Source of the DNA: a virus
Direction: 5' to 3' (one strand)
Length of the DNA stretch: 64,000 bases
IMG/VR virus record: IMGVR_UViG_3300031576_000005
Location: 95,143-159,142 of that record
Below the pieces are notes generated by a model. That model did not search any database. It was not told the origin of the DNA and worked only from the letters and a program-made list of their open reading frames with translations. This document shows positions 19,448-29,238 of the stretch, one piece after another. A program made the position numbers and the translations under genes. Every line of letters begins with the position of its first letter. Position 1 is the first letter of the stretch.

Positions 19448-20665
19448 TCATTTATTAAACCATTCTCCAAATATTCTTATTATATAATTTAAATCTTCTT
19501 TTGTTAAAAAAGAATGACATCCTATATAAAATCCTCGTTCAAGAATTTCCCACGACATTGGAAAGTTAGTCCTAAAATTTATTTTAGTACCAAAATATTT
19601 TTCAGTTATGGGGGTATAAAGCGGCAAAATTTCTCTCGTCTCTATGCCATTCTTTTCTAAAAAATGTATTAATTCCCATTTTTCTCCATGCGGCGAACGA
19701 ATTGGAAGCATCATATGCCTAGCCTCTTCTTCTCTGGAAAATTTAGGCAAAATTAATGGAAATTGGCTTAGTTCTTTGATTAAATATTCTGAATTTTCTT
19801 TCCTCTTTTGTAATTGTCCTAAAAAGTCATCTTCCAGCATTGATAATGCAAATGCCGATTCGGTTTCCCCCAGTCTAAAATTCAGTCCCGGTTGGACGAA
19901 TTTGAATCTCTTACTTGTTATATCTCTTAAAATAGCTCCTTCTACATCGTCATCGTCTATACAGGTATATTCAGGGCTTCTACCATGATTAACGTAGCTC
20001 CTTGCATGGATTATCAAACGTTCGTCATTTGTTCCGATAAAACCACCGCACCCACCAGCAACAAGTAGATGGGAAATATATGTACTCCATGCGGTAAAAT
20101 GAGCAAAGCTTTCTGGATACTGAGAATTGAACCTACTACAAATGTTCTCGCATGAATCCAAAATAAAGAAAATATCTTTATCGTATAAATCAATTATCTC
20201 TTTAATCCTTAGTCCATCAACCGGTCTCCCCATTAATGAAGATGGCATAACCGCGAATATATCTCTAGAATGCTCTTTTAATTTACTCTCTAAATCTGTA
20301 TAACAAATATTATAATTTGCACCGACATCGACAAATAATGGTTCAAATCCGTTGGAAGTAATTACATTGCAGTCACTTATAAAAGTTGTTGCCGGTAAAA
20401 CAATATATTTACGTTTGGCCGCTGCTTCTGGATACAAATTTTTTAAAACTCCAATAGAAGCGTAGAGCGCCGCCGTTCCGCTAGAACAGAAAACAGCATA
20501 TTTCACCCCATTCATCTCAGCAAATAATTTCTCAAGTTTTTGGGAAATCGGACCATATGTTAATCGTCTGGACTTAATAATCTGCTTTAGGTATTTATCA
20601 AGCCCCTTAGCTGGATACCAATCGCCGAATCCTATAGATTTAACAGGCTTTTTTACTTCACTCAT
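19448..20665 (-). CDS. DegT/DnrJ-fold PLP/PMP enzyme, ColD/RfbH (sugar 3-dehydratase)-like
   Basis: SSGTAAL, PATTF, LDSCE, STYISHLL (His at the usual Schiff-base Lys position), FKFVQPGLNFR, GIETR. Confidence 0.85.
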   Translation of the reverse strand: MSEVKKPVKSIGFGDWYPAKGLDKYLKQIIKSRRLTYGPISQKLEKLFAEMNGVKYAVFCSSGTAALYASIGVLKNLYPEAAAKRKYIVLPATTFISDCNVITSNGFEPLFVDVGANYNICYTDLESKLKEHSRDIFAVMPSSLMGRPVDGLRIKEIIDLYDKDIFFILDSCENICSRFNSQYPESFAHFTAWSTYISHLLVAGGCGGFIGTNDERLIIHARSYVNHGRSPEYTCIDDDDVEGAILRDITSKRFKFVQPGLNFRLGETESAFALSMLEDDFLGQLQKRKENSEYLIKELSQFPLILPKFSREEEARHMMLPIRSPHGEKWELIHFLEKNGIETREILPLYTPITEKYFGTKINFRTNFPMSWEILERGFYIGCHSFLTKEDLNYIIRIFGEWFNK

Positions 20666-21270
20666 AAATAATATTTTTCTTTCATTTTATTAAATATATG
20701 AAATGTCATGGTAGTATCTTCTATCGCTCCGTGAATTCCACTATCTCGTAAATTTTCAACATTATAAGTTTTAACTAAAAAATTCAAATTAAACTTTATG
20801 CCCCGCGCCATAATATTCTTTATCCTAGTAGAATATTTAAAATACATTTCCTCTTGATTATAAAGATTCCCCAAGGCTAGTCCCTTATGCAAGGTTCCAA
20901 CATCAAGCCAATTTTCTATCTTTGGTCGAGGCAAGCCATATCGATTACATTCTTTTTCTAGCAGAGGAAAATCATACGCGACATTATTGAGACCGGCAAC
21001 TATATCATCTCCCAGAAAATTAATTACTTGTTCGCACGCCAGCTTTGGGTCTATTCCTTCCTTCTCGCACATTTCTGTGGTGATTCCGTTAATTTCGCTA
21101 GCCCCATATGGAACTTCCATTTTTTGATTTACCAAAGTCCTATAACTATCTACAATTTTATTGTCTCGAATTCTTAAACAACCATGTTCGACAATTCTAG
21201 CCTCGGTCAAATCAAGCCCCGTCGTCTCGCTATCATACAGGGTGTATGAGGTTACTTCTTTAATTTTCAT
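20662..21270 (-). CDS. DEDDh 3'-5' exonuclease (DNA Pol III epsilon-like)
   Basis: YDSETTGL, INGIT, NNVAYD, HGAIED. Confidence 0.9.
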   Translation of the reverse strand: MKIKEVTSYTLYDSETTGLDLTEARIVEHGCLRIRDNKIVDSYRTLVNQKMEVPYGASEINGITTEMCEKEGIDPKLACEQVINFLGDDIVAGLNNVAYDFPLLEKECNRYGLPRPKIENWLDVGTLHKGLALGNLYNQEEMYFKYSTRIKNIMARGIKFNLNFLVKTYNVENLRDSGIHGAIEDTTMTFHIFNKMKEKYYL

Positions 21271-21461
21271 GATTTTTCCTTAGCTTTATATAAATTACAT
21301 TCCCAACAAATGGGTTGATTTAAAAAAATTCCCTTGGCCTCACACCAAAATTCCGTCATCTTTTGGCTCCTTCCACAGCAAATTGGAATATCTTTTGTGA
21401 CCTGTTCAACGCTTCTAAATATACAGGTCGAATGTTTTCTATTTTGTTCTTCTATATCCAT
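21267..21461 (-). CDS. Small Cys-rich hypothetical protein
   Basis: ICCG..WC..CWEC. Confidence 0.55.
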   Translation of the reverse strand: MDIEEQNRKHSTCIFRSVEQVTKDIPICCGRSQKMTEFWCEAKGIFLNQPICWECNLYKAKEKS

Positions 21462-21468
21462 AATGCTC

Positions 21469-21816
21469 CTATGTTGAAACTAAAATATCATCGAGGCTAA
21501 ATAAAGTTCTTGGAATCAATATTTCAGTGCCTTTTCTTAGAGTTTTTTCTATTACTTTATATTTTTTCTGAGATAGACTTAAAATAATATCACCCACTTT
21601 AACATCTTTTATAGAAATATTCAATGCTTTTTTATCTTTTTGCCCAATAAATAAATGATATCGCTTAGATAAAGAGATTTTTTTATCGTTATTTAGACAA
21701 ATCTCATATATGTCGCTATCTTTACCAACCGAAATTACCATCCTATCAACTTCAGCGTTTATAAGGCCACCAAGTACATAATTATGCTGATTAAGTATGA
21801 ATATATTATTGTTCAT
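21469..21816 (-). CDS. Stand-alone degenerate HINT (intein-like) domain protein
   Basis: IYEICLNNDKKISLS..HLF, IKDVKVGDII and C-terminal FSLDDILVST resemble HINT blocks B and G; catalytic residues missing. Confidence 0.5.
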   Translation of the reverse strand: MNNNIFILNQHNYVLGGLINAEVDRMVISVGKDSDIYEICLNNDKKISLSKRYHLFIGQKDKKALNISIKDVKVGDIILSLSQKKYKVIEKTLRKGTEILIPRTLFSLDDILVST

Positions 21817-22082
21817 TGATTGTTATCTAGACAAACCGTTATTCCAAGGCTTCTAACAGTATAATAAACTTTATTTTTCCCCTTCGTAACTATTAATTTA
21901 GAGCCTGTATCTTGTGCTAAATCTAATAATTCGGCATAAATTTTTTCATTTCTTGCCCTAAGTTTATACAATCCTTTATCTGATTGTTTAAGTTGGGCGG
22001 AGGTTTGCATGAAAACAGGGGGTATTTCAAATAGGTCTAACTTTGTTGTCTTCCAATTTCTGGTAATTTTTTTAGAGTACAT
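21813..22082 (-). CDS. Hypothetical protein
   Basis: Coupled to recA. Confidence 0.55.
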   Translation of the reverse strand: MYSKKITRNWKTTKLDLFEIPPVFMQTSAQLKQSDKGLYKLRARNEKIYAELLDLAQDTGSKLIVTKGKNKVYYTVRSLGITVCLDNNQ

Positions 22083-22083
22083 A

Positions 22084-23166
22084 TTAAATTCCTACCATTT
22101 TTTTTATTTCTTTTTCTAATCTTTCGGCAATATCCTTGTTAGATTTAAGATACTCTATTAGCTTATTATAGCCCTGTGCTATATTTTTATCATCAAGAGC
22201 ATACCAAGCGCCTTTTTTCTGAATTAAACCATAACCATCGGCTAATGTTGCTATTTCTCTTTCGTGGTCAATACCATGGTCATAAATGAACGGAACGGAC
22301 GCTTTACTATGAACATTTCCCGAATTACTTACTTTTTCAAGCTTCATACTCATTATATGTCCAATTACTTTTGAATGATTGTCGCTTGGATTTTCTCGAA
22401 TATATAAATCTGTCCAAAGTTTTTCTAAACCAAGTCTAAGATTACTATAATGGTCAATGGCGTGTCCTCCAGCTTTTTGTTTTCCAACTCCACTTACATG
22501 GCTCATGCCACCCTGATTAATTTTATCACGTACTTGATGAGTAAAAGCAACAATATGGCCATAGTGATTGGCATATGCTGATGCTTCTTTTAAAAATCTT
22601 GTTAATAATGTTGCAGTAGATGCTGTTTTTTCGGCATCAGAAAATGTTTTATTATCATTAACCTCGCTTTGAATTCCATCAATTGAATCTATAATATGAA
22701 AAAATTTTACCTTGTCTTGTTTTAATGTTTTTAAAATCCCGTTAAATAATTTTTCTCCACTTTTTGGTCTACTCATACGAAAGATTGGAGCTGGAATAAT
22801 TTTACCTTTTTCATCTTGAGTCAAATCCTCTTCGCTTTCTGTAACCATTTTTAAATTTGGAGCCATTTTTTCTAACTTTCGATTAATTCTTCCTTCGGTT
22901 GCATGTAAATAAACCCTAACAAATTTATAATTATAGAATTTTTGAAATTCACCGCCCATTATTAGAAGCAATGTAGTTTTCCCAATTCCATCTGGCCCCC
23001 AAAGTTGAACAACTCCACTACCTATTCCGCCGGTTAAAATATCTAACCCCAACGAACCAGTTGATATAGTTTTATTTTCTATTGGGTCCGTCCCATCAAT
23101 AACATACATTCCCTCACTATCGAATTCTAACTCTTTAATTTCTAGATTTTCTTTTGATTTTGCCAT
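22084..23166 (-). CDS. recA: RecA/UvsX-like recombinase
   Basis: ISTGSLGLDI, GPDGIGKTT Walker A, IIDSI, HQVRDKI, GGHA, IQKKGAWY, IAQG. Confidence 0.93.
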   Translation of the reverse strand: MAKSKENLEIKELEFDSEGMYVIDGTDPIENKTISTGSLGLDILTGGIGSGVVQLWGPDGIGKTTLLLIMGGEFQKFYNYKFVRVYLHATEGRINRKLEKMAPNLKMVTESEEDLTQDEKGKIIPAPIFRMSRPKSGEKLFNGILKTLKQDKVKFFHIIDSIDGIQSEVNDNKTFSDAEKTASTATLLTRFLKEASAYANHYGHIVAFTHQVRDKINQGGMSHVSGVGKQKAGGHAIDHYSNLRLGLEKLWTDLYIRENPSDNHSKVIGHIMSMKLEKVSNSGNVHSKASVPFIYDHGIDHEREIATLADGYGLIQKKGAWYALDDKNIAQGYNKLIEYLKSNKDIAERLEKEIKKMVGI

Positions 23167-23175
23167 ATATTTGAA

Positions 23176-23478
23176 TTATTTTGGGTTTATAAAAATTGCT
23201 GTAACATTTGCTTTGATAGCTTCCTCTAATAAAATTACTTCGTTTATATTTATATAATTAGTAAAACAAATTATTGTAATTAACTCCTCCTCTTTACCAA
23301 TATTTCCAAGTAATTTAAAAGGAATATTTAATAATTTTATCATCTTATTAAATTCGTCGCTATAACTTTCTTTCGGTATGTATAAAATTAAATCTTCGGG
23401 GTCTGTAAATTTCGATATGGCATCAGTATATTGCTCAGCGGTAGCGCGACCAATAATTCCTACATTGTTCTTGTTCAT
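23176..23478 (-). CDS. Hypothetical protein
   Basis: Start moved to ATG 23478, which overlaps the upstream stop. Confidence 0.55.
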   Translation of the reverse strand: MNKNNVGIIGRATAEQYTDAISKFTDPEDLILYIPKESYSDEFNKMIKLLNIPFKLLGNIGKEEELITIICFTNYININEVILLEEAIKANVTAIFINPK

Positions 23479-24035
23479 TTTTTTACTAGTGGAAGCACTT
23501 TTTCTACAATTTGCTCTTCTAATTCTTGTAAATTGCTGGCTACGATACATACATCAGCACGGGCTTTTATAATGGGATAGTTTTTGGCTTCGGATTCATT
23601 CGCGGGTTGGACTAGGGAACCGTCGGGGAGAATACGGTCAATATTTATTAAAATTCCCTCTAATTCATTCTGAATATAATCGGCTTCGTCGTTCCCATTA
23701 TTAATAGCAAACCTTACATCGGTGATAACTGGAATGTACTTTGCATCTATGGCTTCCTTTACCCGTGGTGTTATTTTATCAATCCAAATTCTATGATTTT
23801 GATTTCTAGCGGCATTTCCAAATGCCACTAAGATAGGTCGAATAATTTCTTTTTCTTTGGGATTATTAGTAGTTGCTTCGATATTTAAATATTGTTTAGT
23901 CAATGGGCTTACTGCTTGTTTGAGAGAATCTGCAAAAGCCATTCTTTTAACAGAAAGATATTTTGTTAATATATTAAAAAAACTGTCTTTGCCTACTAAA
24001 GCTATGCAACCCAGTCCAATAACTTTATTTTTCAT
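23475..24035 (-). CDS. Deoxynucleoside monophosphate kinase
   Basis: VIGLG..GKDS, FADSLK, RPILVAFG, VITDVRF..EA; start at ATG 24035. Confidence 0.85.
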   Translation of the reverse strand: MKNKVIGLGCIALVGKDSFFNILTKYLSVKRMAFADSLKQAVSPLTKQYLNIEATTNNPKEKEIIRPILVAFGNAARNQNHRIWIDKITPRVKEAIDAKYIPVITDVRFAINNGNDEADYIQNELEGILINIDRILPDGSLVQPANESEAKNYPIIKARADVCIVASNLQELEEQIVEKVLPLVKK

Positions 24036-24043
24036 ATAAAAAT

Positions 24044-24580
24044 TTATCTTAAATCTTCGGTAAAAAGTTTCCATCGATTAGAATCTAATTCTACTTTGCC
24101 AGAATCTATATCTTTTATCATTCCAACAAGTTTATCCCACGTCCGATATACATAAGAAGCTTTTAACATACCTAAAACCCAATAACATGGTTTGTCAGAG
24201 TCCCATAAAACAAAACAGGGGGCTTTTCGCCTGTTCATTGTAGTTAGTTCTTCAATTGTTCCGACTGTATAAATTTCTGGATTTAGATAAAAAATGCCGA
24301 ATGTTGCTCTATCACATACGGCTAGGTCGCTATTTCTAACCCTATGCATTTTTTCGGCTATTAAATCTAATTTTCCCTCTTTTGCCCAATTATCCATTTG
24401 TATTTGGTCTTCTTTTCCTTCTAAATATTTTGGGTCGAGAAAAGGTTTGCATAAAGGGTTGAAAATTTTAATTCCGAGAGGATGAAGTTCTTGTGTCACC
24501 ATATCCCTCCAACTTTCGCTATCTTTTGTAAATTGGATTGGTCCAGCCAAATAAACCGATGTCTTATTTAATATTCCCAT
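24044..24580 (-). CDS. Nucleoside 2-deoxyribosyltransferase-like protein
   Basis: VYLAGPI, WR, FNP, DL..CD, GTIEEL. Confidence 0.8.
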   Translation of the reverse strand: MGILNKTSVYLAGPIQFTKDSESWRDMVTQELHPLGIKIFNPLCKPFLDPKYLEGKEDQIQMDNWAKEGKLDLIAEKMHRVRNSDLAVCDRATFGIFYLNPEIYTVGTIEELTTMNRRKAPCFVLWDSDKPCYWVLGMLKASYVYRTWDKLVGMIKDIDSGKVELDSNRWKLFTEDLR

Positions 24581-24588
24581 ATTTGTTT

Positions 24589-25338
24589 TTATTTATTATT
24601 TTTTTGAAAATTGGTAATTACTTCACACATTATGATAAAATCTCCCTGTTTATAGTCTTATTTCATATAATTCGCGTCTCTGTGAACCCATTGAACATTG
24701 TCGGCTAAATACCCCTTAGAAGAATCTATTCTATCTAAAGAGGCGGTTTGTTTTTCGGAATAACAAGAAAAATTGATATCAAGACCAGATAAAGCGCATT
24801 TTCTTTTCTGTTGTATATATAGATTCCATAAAAATTCATTAGTAATATTAAATTCTCGCCCTCTCTTTAAAGCACTAGATTTTATGGTAGTTATATATGT
24901 TTGGCCAATTTCTCCACATCCTTTCCAATTTGTGGGGCGTTTCCCGTTTTTCTTTAATTCTCTCATGTATTTCGATAATCTTCCGGTGGCTAGGGAATTT
25001 CTAAAACATCCACAACTGACAATTTTACCCATTTTCAAATCATTAGACCTAGCAAAATGAGTTTTACCACATTCACAAACACATTTCCACATAGTTTTTC
25101 TATTAGAAATATCGTCGTTAGCAAGTTGCACAACTTTTAACATTCCAAAGACTTGCCCCAATAAATTTTTCCTCGCATGCCTTATTTCTATTTCATTTTG
25201 TAATAGAATTTTCCTAACGGTTTTTATGTTTATTTTTACTTTTTTTGCAATATTTCTAATTGTCTGGCCGTTTTGATAAGAAGATATAACGATTGGAATA
25301 ATTTTAGAAATTTTATCAGAAAACCAGGTTCTTTTCAT
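24589..25338 (-). pseudogene. HTH + His-Me finger endonuclease with premature TAA at 24658-24660
   Basis: LGQVFGML, WKCVCECG, SCGC, TASLDRIDSSKGY..NYMK*DYKQGDFIIMCEVI; paralog 2853-3584 has MKQAFQEDEFLNWC. Confidence 0.75.
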
Positions 25339-25339
25339 A

Positions 25340-25732
25340 TTATTTTTCCATTTCTAGCAAATATCTATTTAATTCTTCTGCGGTCTGAACTTCTATAAAT
25401 TGAAAACTATTGGTTTCGGCGAATTTTTTCTTTTTTTCATCTCTAGCTTTACTTGCGACAAAGTTAAATATATTTTTATTATGAAAATGTTTGTTAAATT
25501 TGTAATGTTGCCCGCCGTTACATTCTACCACTATTTTCTTAGAAAAATTAACAAAATCAAAATGCATTTTAGATGATGGCACGTTCTGTTCTTCTGCTAC
25601 TATATCATTTCCCCAGAAATTTGCAAGCACAGATTTACAATCTTTTTGGAGCTTAGATAGAGACTTACCATTCCAATCAATGCCTTTCGGCTTCCAAAAA
25701 TAAGTCTTACCGTTAAATCCTATCACTTTCAT
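25340..25732 (-). CDS. Restriction-endonuclease-like (Vsr/DUF559-like) nuclease
   Basis: EQ..MHFDF..VVECNGGQHY..RD..KK. Confidence 0.7.
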   Translation of the reverse strand: MKVIGFNGKTYFWKPKGIDWNGKSLSKLQKDCKSVLANFWGNDIVAEEQNVPSSKMHFDFVNFSKKIVVECNGGQHYKFNKHFHNKNIFNFVASKARDEKKKKFAETNSFQFIEVQTAEELNRYLLEMEK

Positions 25733-25845
25733 TCTTTTTATTCTTTTTGTTTTTTCTACGATATTCTTCTTGTTCTTCTATGCAGAACTTACAATCTATA
25801 TCACACTCCCCCTTAACATGCAAGCTATAATCGTCGTCTTCTATA

Positions 25846-26298
25846 TTAAGATTCTTTATGTTCATCGTCGCGCTTTAGAAAATCCATAACTGTTTGCCTC
25901 GGAGGGGAAAAAATTTTATTGGGTCTGAAATCTTTACCATAAAATATTTCGTCTAATGGCTTTTCCTTCATTTCCAGGAGTGGTAGAATATCTCTAATTA
26001 GTTTACATTTTTCCCATAGTAATATGGCGAAACTATTATATTTTCTACCCTGCGTCTTGTAATATATCCAAGCTCCATATATTTGTTCTTGCGTATATCC
26101 TAATTCCATTATCTTTCTTATGATAAATGATTCTTTTTTAAAAAGTTGATTATTATTTTTTTCGTCAATTAAGGATATTAATCCAGAAAATTTTGTTCTA
26201 AACTTTATTATTACTTTTTCAGGTTCGTCGAATTTCAACGTCAATTGATTGGGATTGTTTTGTATCTTTGTATTTCTTCCCTTTGCGTTTTTTTGCAT
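25846..26298 (-). CDS. Hypothetical protein
   Basis: Co-oriented ORF; start uncertain. Confidence 0.55.
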   Translation of the reverse strand: MQKNAKGRNTKIQNNPNQLTLKFDEPEKVIIKFRTKFSGLISLIDEKNNNQLFKKESFIIRKIMELGYTQEQIYGAWIYYKTQGRKYNSFAILLWEKCKLIRDILPLLEMKEKPLDEIFYGKDFRPNKIFSPPRQTVMDFLKRDDEHKES

Positions 26299-26605
26299 AA
26301 TCTTCTAATGCTTTTTTCTTGATTGGGTCTTCTTTGCCTAAAATTTGTTCGCGTTGTTGAGAGGCTTCCGCCGCCATATCCCACAGCGAACCTATAGTGC
26401 CACCTTTCATTTGTCCAGTTTTCTTAGTCATCGCATCTAAATCAAATGGGCTAATTTTAGCGTCGATTGACATAGTTGGAACCGTCCAAACTCTTTTGCC
26501 TCGGCCTTGACAGTTTGGGCATGGAGAGGTTTTATCGGCGTCCATATGGAAATACATATCCCATTGGTTACAGCAGTCTTGACATTCTAAGCTATATACT
26601 GGCAT
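26219..26605 (-). CDS. FmdB-like zinc-ribbon protein
   Basis: MPVYSLECQDC...CPNC..KRV. Confidence 0.75.
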   Translation of the reverse strand: MPVYSLECQDCCNQWDMYFHMDADKTSPCPNCQGRGKRVWTVPTMSIDAKISPFDLDAMTKKTGQMKGGTIGSLWDMAAEASQQREQILGKEDPIKKKALEDYAKKRKGKKYKDTKQSQSIDVEIRRT

Positions 26606-26606
26606 A

Positions 26607-27092
26607 CTATTTATTGAGGTTCAATAGAAAGTTATTAATTTCTTCCCCGCCTCGAACCATAACTAAATCCGGTGGACATTCTTGAAAAATCTTTTCTTCT
26701 GGAATAATCCACGCGGTTGTCGCATGTTTATCGCCAACCATCCTCGTATAACCACACCCACAGTTTAATAAATATCTTTTTAATTTCTCCATTTTCCAAA
26801 GTAAATATCTCTCGGTTCTAAAATGAATCCAAATATTAGCTTTCGTTCTAAGAACGCCGGTGCTTTTTGCCCCCGGCCCCAAATATTCAAAAGCTAAGTT
26901 TTTACTTGGATATAAGTCAACTTTTACTTCCATTCTTATTTCTTTTTGTTTTTTAAACTTAGGAATGACAAGGTCGAAGAAATCTTGTTCAGATTCTTCC
27001 ACTTTTTTTGCATGAGGAAATGATTTTTGAAGCGTGGCCAATATTTCATTTTCATAAACTTCGCTAATTTCTAAATCTTCTTTAAAGCTCAT
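26607..27092 (-). CDS. PD-(D/E)xK fold protein
   Basis: FDL..MEVKVD..NLAFEY..STGV..TKA..W. Confidence 0.65.
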   Translation of the reverse strand: MSFKEDLEISEVYENEILATLQKSFPHAKKVEESEQDFFDLVIPKFKKQKEIRMEVKVDLYPSKNLAFEYLGPGAKSTGVLRTKANIWIHFRTERYLLWKMEKLKRYLLNCGCGYTRMVGDKHATTAWIIPEEKIFQECPPDLVMVRGGEEINNFLLNLNK

Positions 27093-27093
27093 A

Positions 27094-28200
27094 TTATTTA
27101 TATTTATTCCAAATATCGATTATATTGTTTGCTGTATTTTCCCAAGTGTATTTCTTAGCGGTTTCGATACCATTAGTATTTACACTTCGGCCACGTTTGT
27201 AAGTTTCAATTAATGCAATTGCAATAGCGTTTCCATTAATATTTGACCATTGTCCCGTATTAGTAATTCCATCATTTCTAAAAAATGTGTTGTCTTGGGC
27301 TACGACAGTTCCTTCACTTTTTACTTCAATGCTATTGCTAGAACTTGCATAATCTCTATGTGCGTGGTCAAAATTTGTAATAACATTAATCCCGCAACTC
27401 ATTGCCTGCAACAAAGGCAAATTAAAACTTTCTCCTCTCGATGGAGCGACCAAACAATCGGCGTGAGACAAGAAGTCTGCATAATGCGATTCGGTAGGAA
27501 GCCAGTCAATAAATTCTACATTATTTACTTTTTGCCCACGGAATATTTGCTGGGTTATTAGTTCGTGAACACTTCGCATATCTACAAACTTATTAGTAAT
27601 ACAACACCGCAGCTTTACGTCTGGATTATTTCCAAAAACATTAAGAAATGCTTGTAGAATTTCTATATGTAATTTTCTGACCTCGAATTTTCCAGCCATA
27701 ATGAAAATAAATGGTCCGGATTTTTTCTTATATTTTTCTAGCGGATAAAATATATTTCTATCTACCCCCAATGGAACAACATGCACTGGTGGCTTTACCC
27801 CATTTGATTGGAAGACTTCCTTATTATAATTACATGGCACTATAATAGATTCTTGTTGGTTGAGACAGTTAGTTTCAATTTTCGTTAATCTATCTACTTC
27901 GTGAAAAGTATAAAGCACCTGTTTTTTACTTATTCTTTCCATCGACGCAAAATGATGCCATAGCCTTACAGAAGTATTATTTATATCGTGAGAGGCTAAT
28001 CCAGAAAGAGTCGCCTTCTGGATTTTCTCTTTTAATTCATTAGAACATGGCTCAAATCCATTAACATCCACGCCACCCCCAATGGGGAATAGACTATATT
28101 CTTCTTTGATATTCCGAAGAATATGAAAGGCCGACGCCCCAAGGGATGTGGAATTTATAGGGAAGTTTAATGGAATCATATCAGAATGGAATCTCGACAT
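27094..28200 (-). CDS. GT4 family glycosyltransferase
   Basis: VVPLGVD, GKFEVRK, APSRGESFNLPLLQAMSCG, YTWEN. Confidence 0.9.
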   Translation of the reverse strand: MSRFHSDMIPLNFPINSTSLGASAFHILRNIKEEYSLFPIGGGVDVNGFEPCSNELKEKIQKATLSGLASHDINNTSVRLWHHFASMERISKKQVLYTFHEVDRLTKIETNCLNQQESIIVPCNYNKEVFQSNGVKPPVHVVPLGVDRNIFYPLEKYKKKSGPFIFIMAGKFEVRKLHIEILQAFLNVFGNNPDVKLRCCITNKFVDMRSVHELITQQIFRGQKVNNVEFIDWLPTESHYADFLSHADCLVAPSRGESFNLPLLQAMSCGINVITNFDHAHRDYASSSNSIEVKSEGTVVAQDNTFFRNDGITNTGQWSNINGNAIAIALIETYKRGRSVNTNGIETAKKYTWENTANNIIDIWNKYK

Positions 28201-28582
28201 CTTCTTCTTCGGAATGAGCTGGCGTTGCTTTTACAGCCACGTCTTTAACAGCATCACCTTCTGCTACTACTTTCGGGGAATAAATGTCAAACCTATTTAC
28301 AACTAGTTCAATCGTAGTAATAGTCTTCCCATCTTTTTCATAACTATTAGGGGTTAATTGTCCTTGAACGCCAACGTTTGTTCCCTTCTTAAGTCCTGTT
28401 AGTAATCCCCATACTTTTTCACTATGCTGCTTTGAGAAGCATACACAATTTAAGAATAGAGACTTCTTATTCTCTCCCCACCCCGTATTAAGTGCTAAGG
28501 TAAATTTAGCCACCGTATTTTTAAAAACCTGGACATCTTTTGTTAAGTTGCCAGCCAATGCTACTATTTGATAATTAACCAT
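28181..28582 (-). CDS. ssb: Single-stranded DNA-binding protein
   Basis: GNLTKD, FTLA, LKKG..VGVQGQL..YEKDG, acidic tail EEEDVEIPF. Confidence 0.93.
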   Translation of the reverse strand: MVNYQIVALAGNLTKDVQVFKNTVAKFTLALNTGWGENKKSLFLNCVCFSKQHSEKVWGLLTGLKKGTNVGVQGQLTPNSYEKDGKTITTIELVVNRFDIYSPKVVAEGDAVKDVAVKATPAHSEEEDVEIPF

Positions 28583-28584
28583 TT

Positions 28585-29238
28585 TTATTTTCTATTTAGT
28601 TTGTTAAGTAATATCTTTTTTATCTTTATAAAAGAACTATTACATTTTAATCTAACCCATTCATGCGAAACATTATATTTTTTGCCCACATTCTTTAAAG
28701 TTGTCTGAGTGAATCCATACTTATAATATATAGCATCTTTCTCTAATTCCGTCAACTCATTTATGCATTCCATCATAATTTTTTTTAGATGTGTATCTTC
28801 TATCTTATCATATACAATTAATTCTGGAATAGACAGTTCTATAATTTTCTTTCCATCTGGGTCTGTTTGCGTATACCATTTACACTTATCATAAGCCTCA
28901 GAAATGCTCATTAATTGATATGGAGATTGTTTTTTAGCTAGAGCTTTAGATATATGCTCAACGGGATGTCTTATCAACCAATCTTTACTCATTTCTCTCT
29001 TTGCTCGCTGTAAGGCACATTTATAAGCAAATCTCTTAAAAGCTCCTTTTGTCTTATCAAAATGCTGAATAGCGGATAATATGCCCAATATAGCCCCATA
29101 TCTTTTTGCACCATCGTCCATATTATTATTTCCAAGTTTATTAACTACTCTATCAATTATATAATTATAATTAAGTAATACTTCATTTCTAGCTTTTGTA
29201 TTACCTTTTTGTGCTTTTGTTATAGTATCAATTATCAT
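28585..29238 (-). CDS. Sigma70-family RNA polymerase sigma factor
   Basis: Region 2-like GILSAIQHFDKTKGAFKRFA; region 4-like LTELEK..YG..TLKNVGKKYNVSHEWVR. Confidence 0.85.
   Translation of the reverse strand: MIIDTITKAQKGNTKARNEVLLNYNYIIDRVVNKLGNNNMDDGAKRYGAILGILSAIQHFDKTKGAFKRFAYKCALQRAKREMSKDWLIRHPVEHISKALAKKQSPYQLMSISEAYDKCKWYTQTDPDGKKIIELSIPELIVYDKIEDTHLKKIMMECINELTELEKDAIYYKYGFTQTTLKNVGKKYNVSHEWVRLKCNSSFIKIKKILLNKLNRK

Noticed and set aside
816-20665. Firm call of DNA hypermodification
   Set aside because: No hydroxymethylase, thymidylate-synthase-like or TET/JBP gene in this window to create a DNA acceptor; kept only as one hypothesis.
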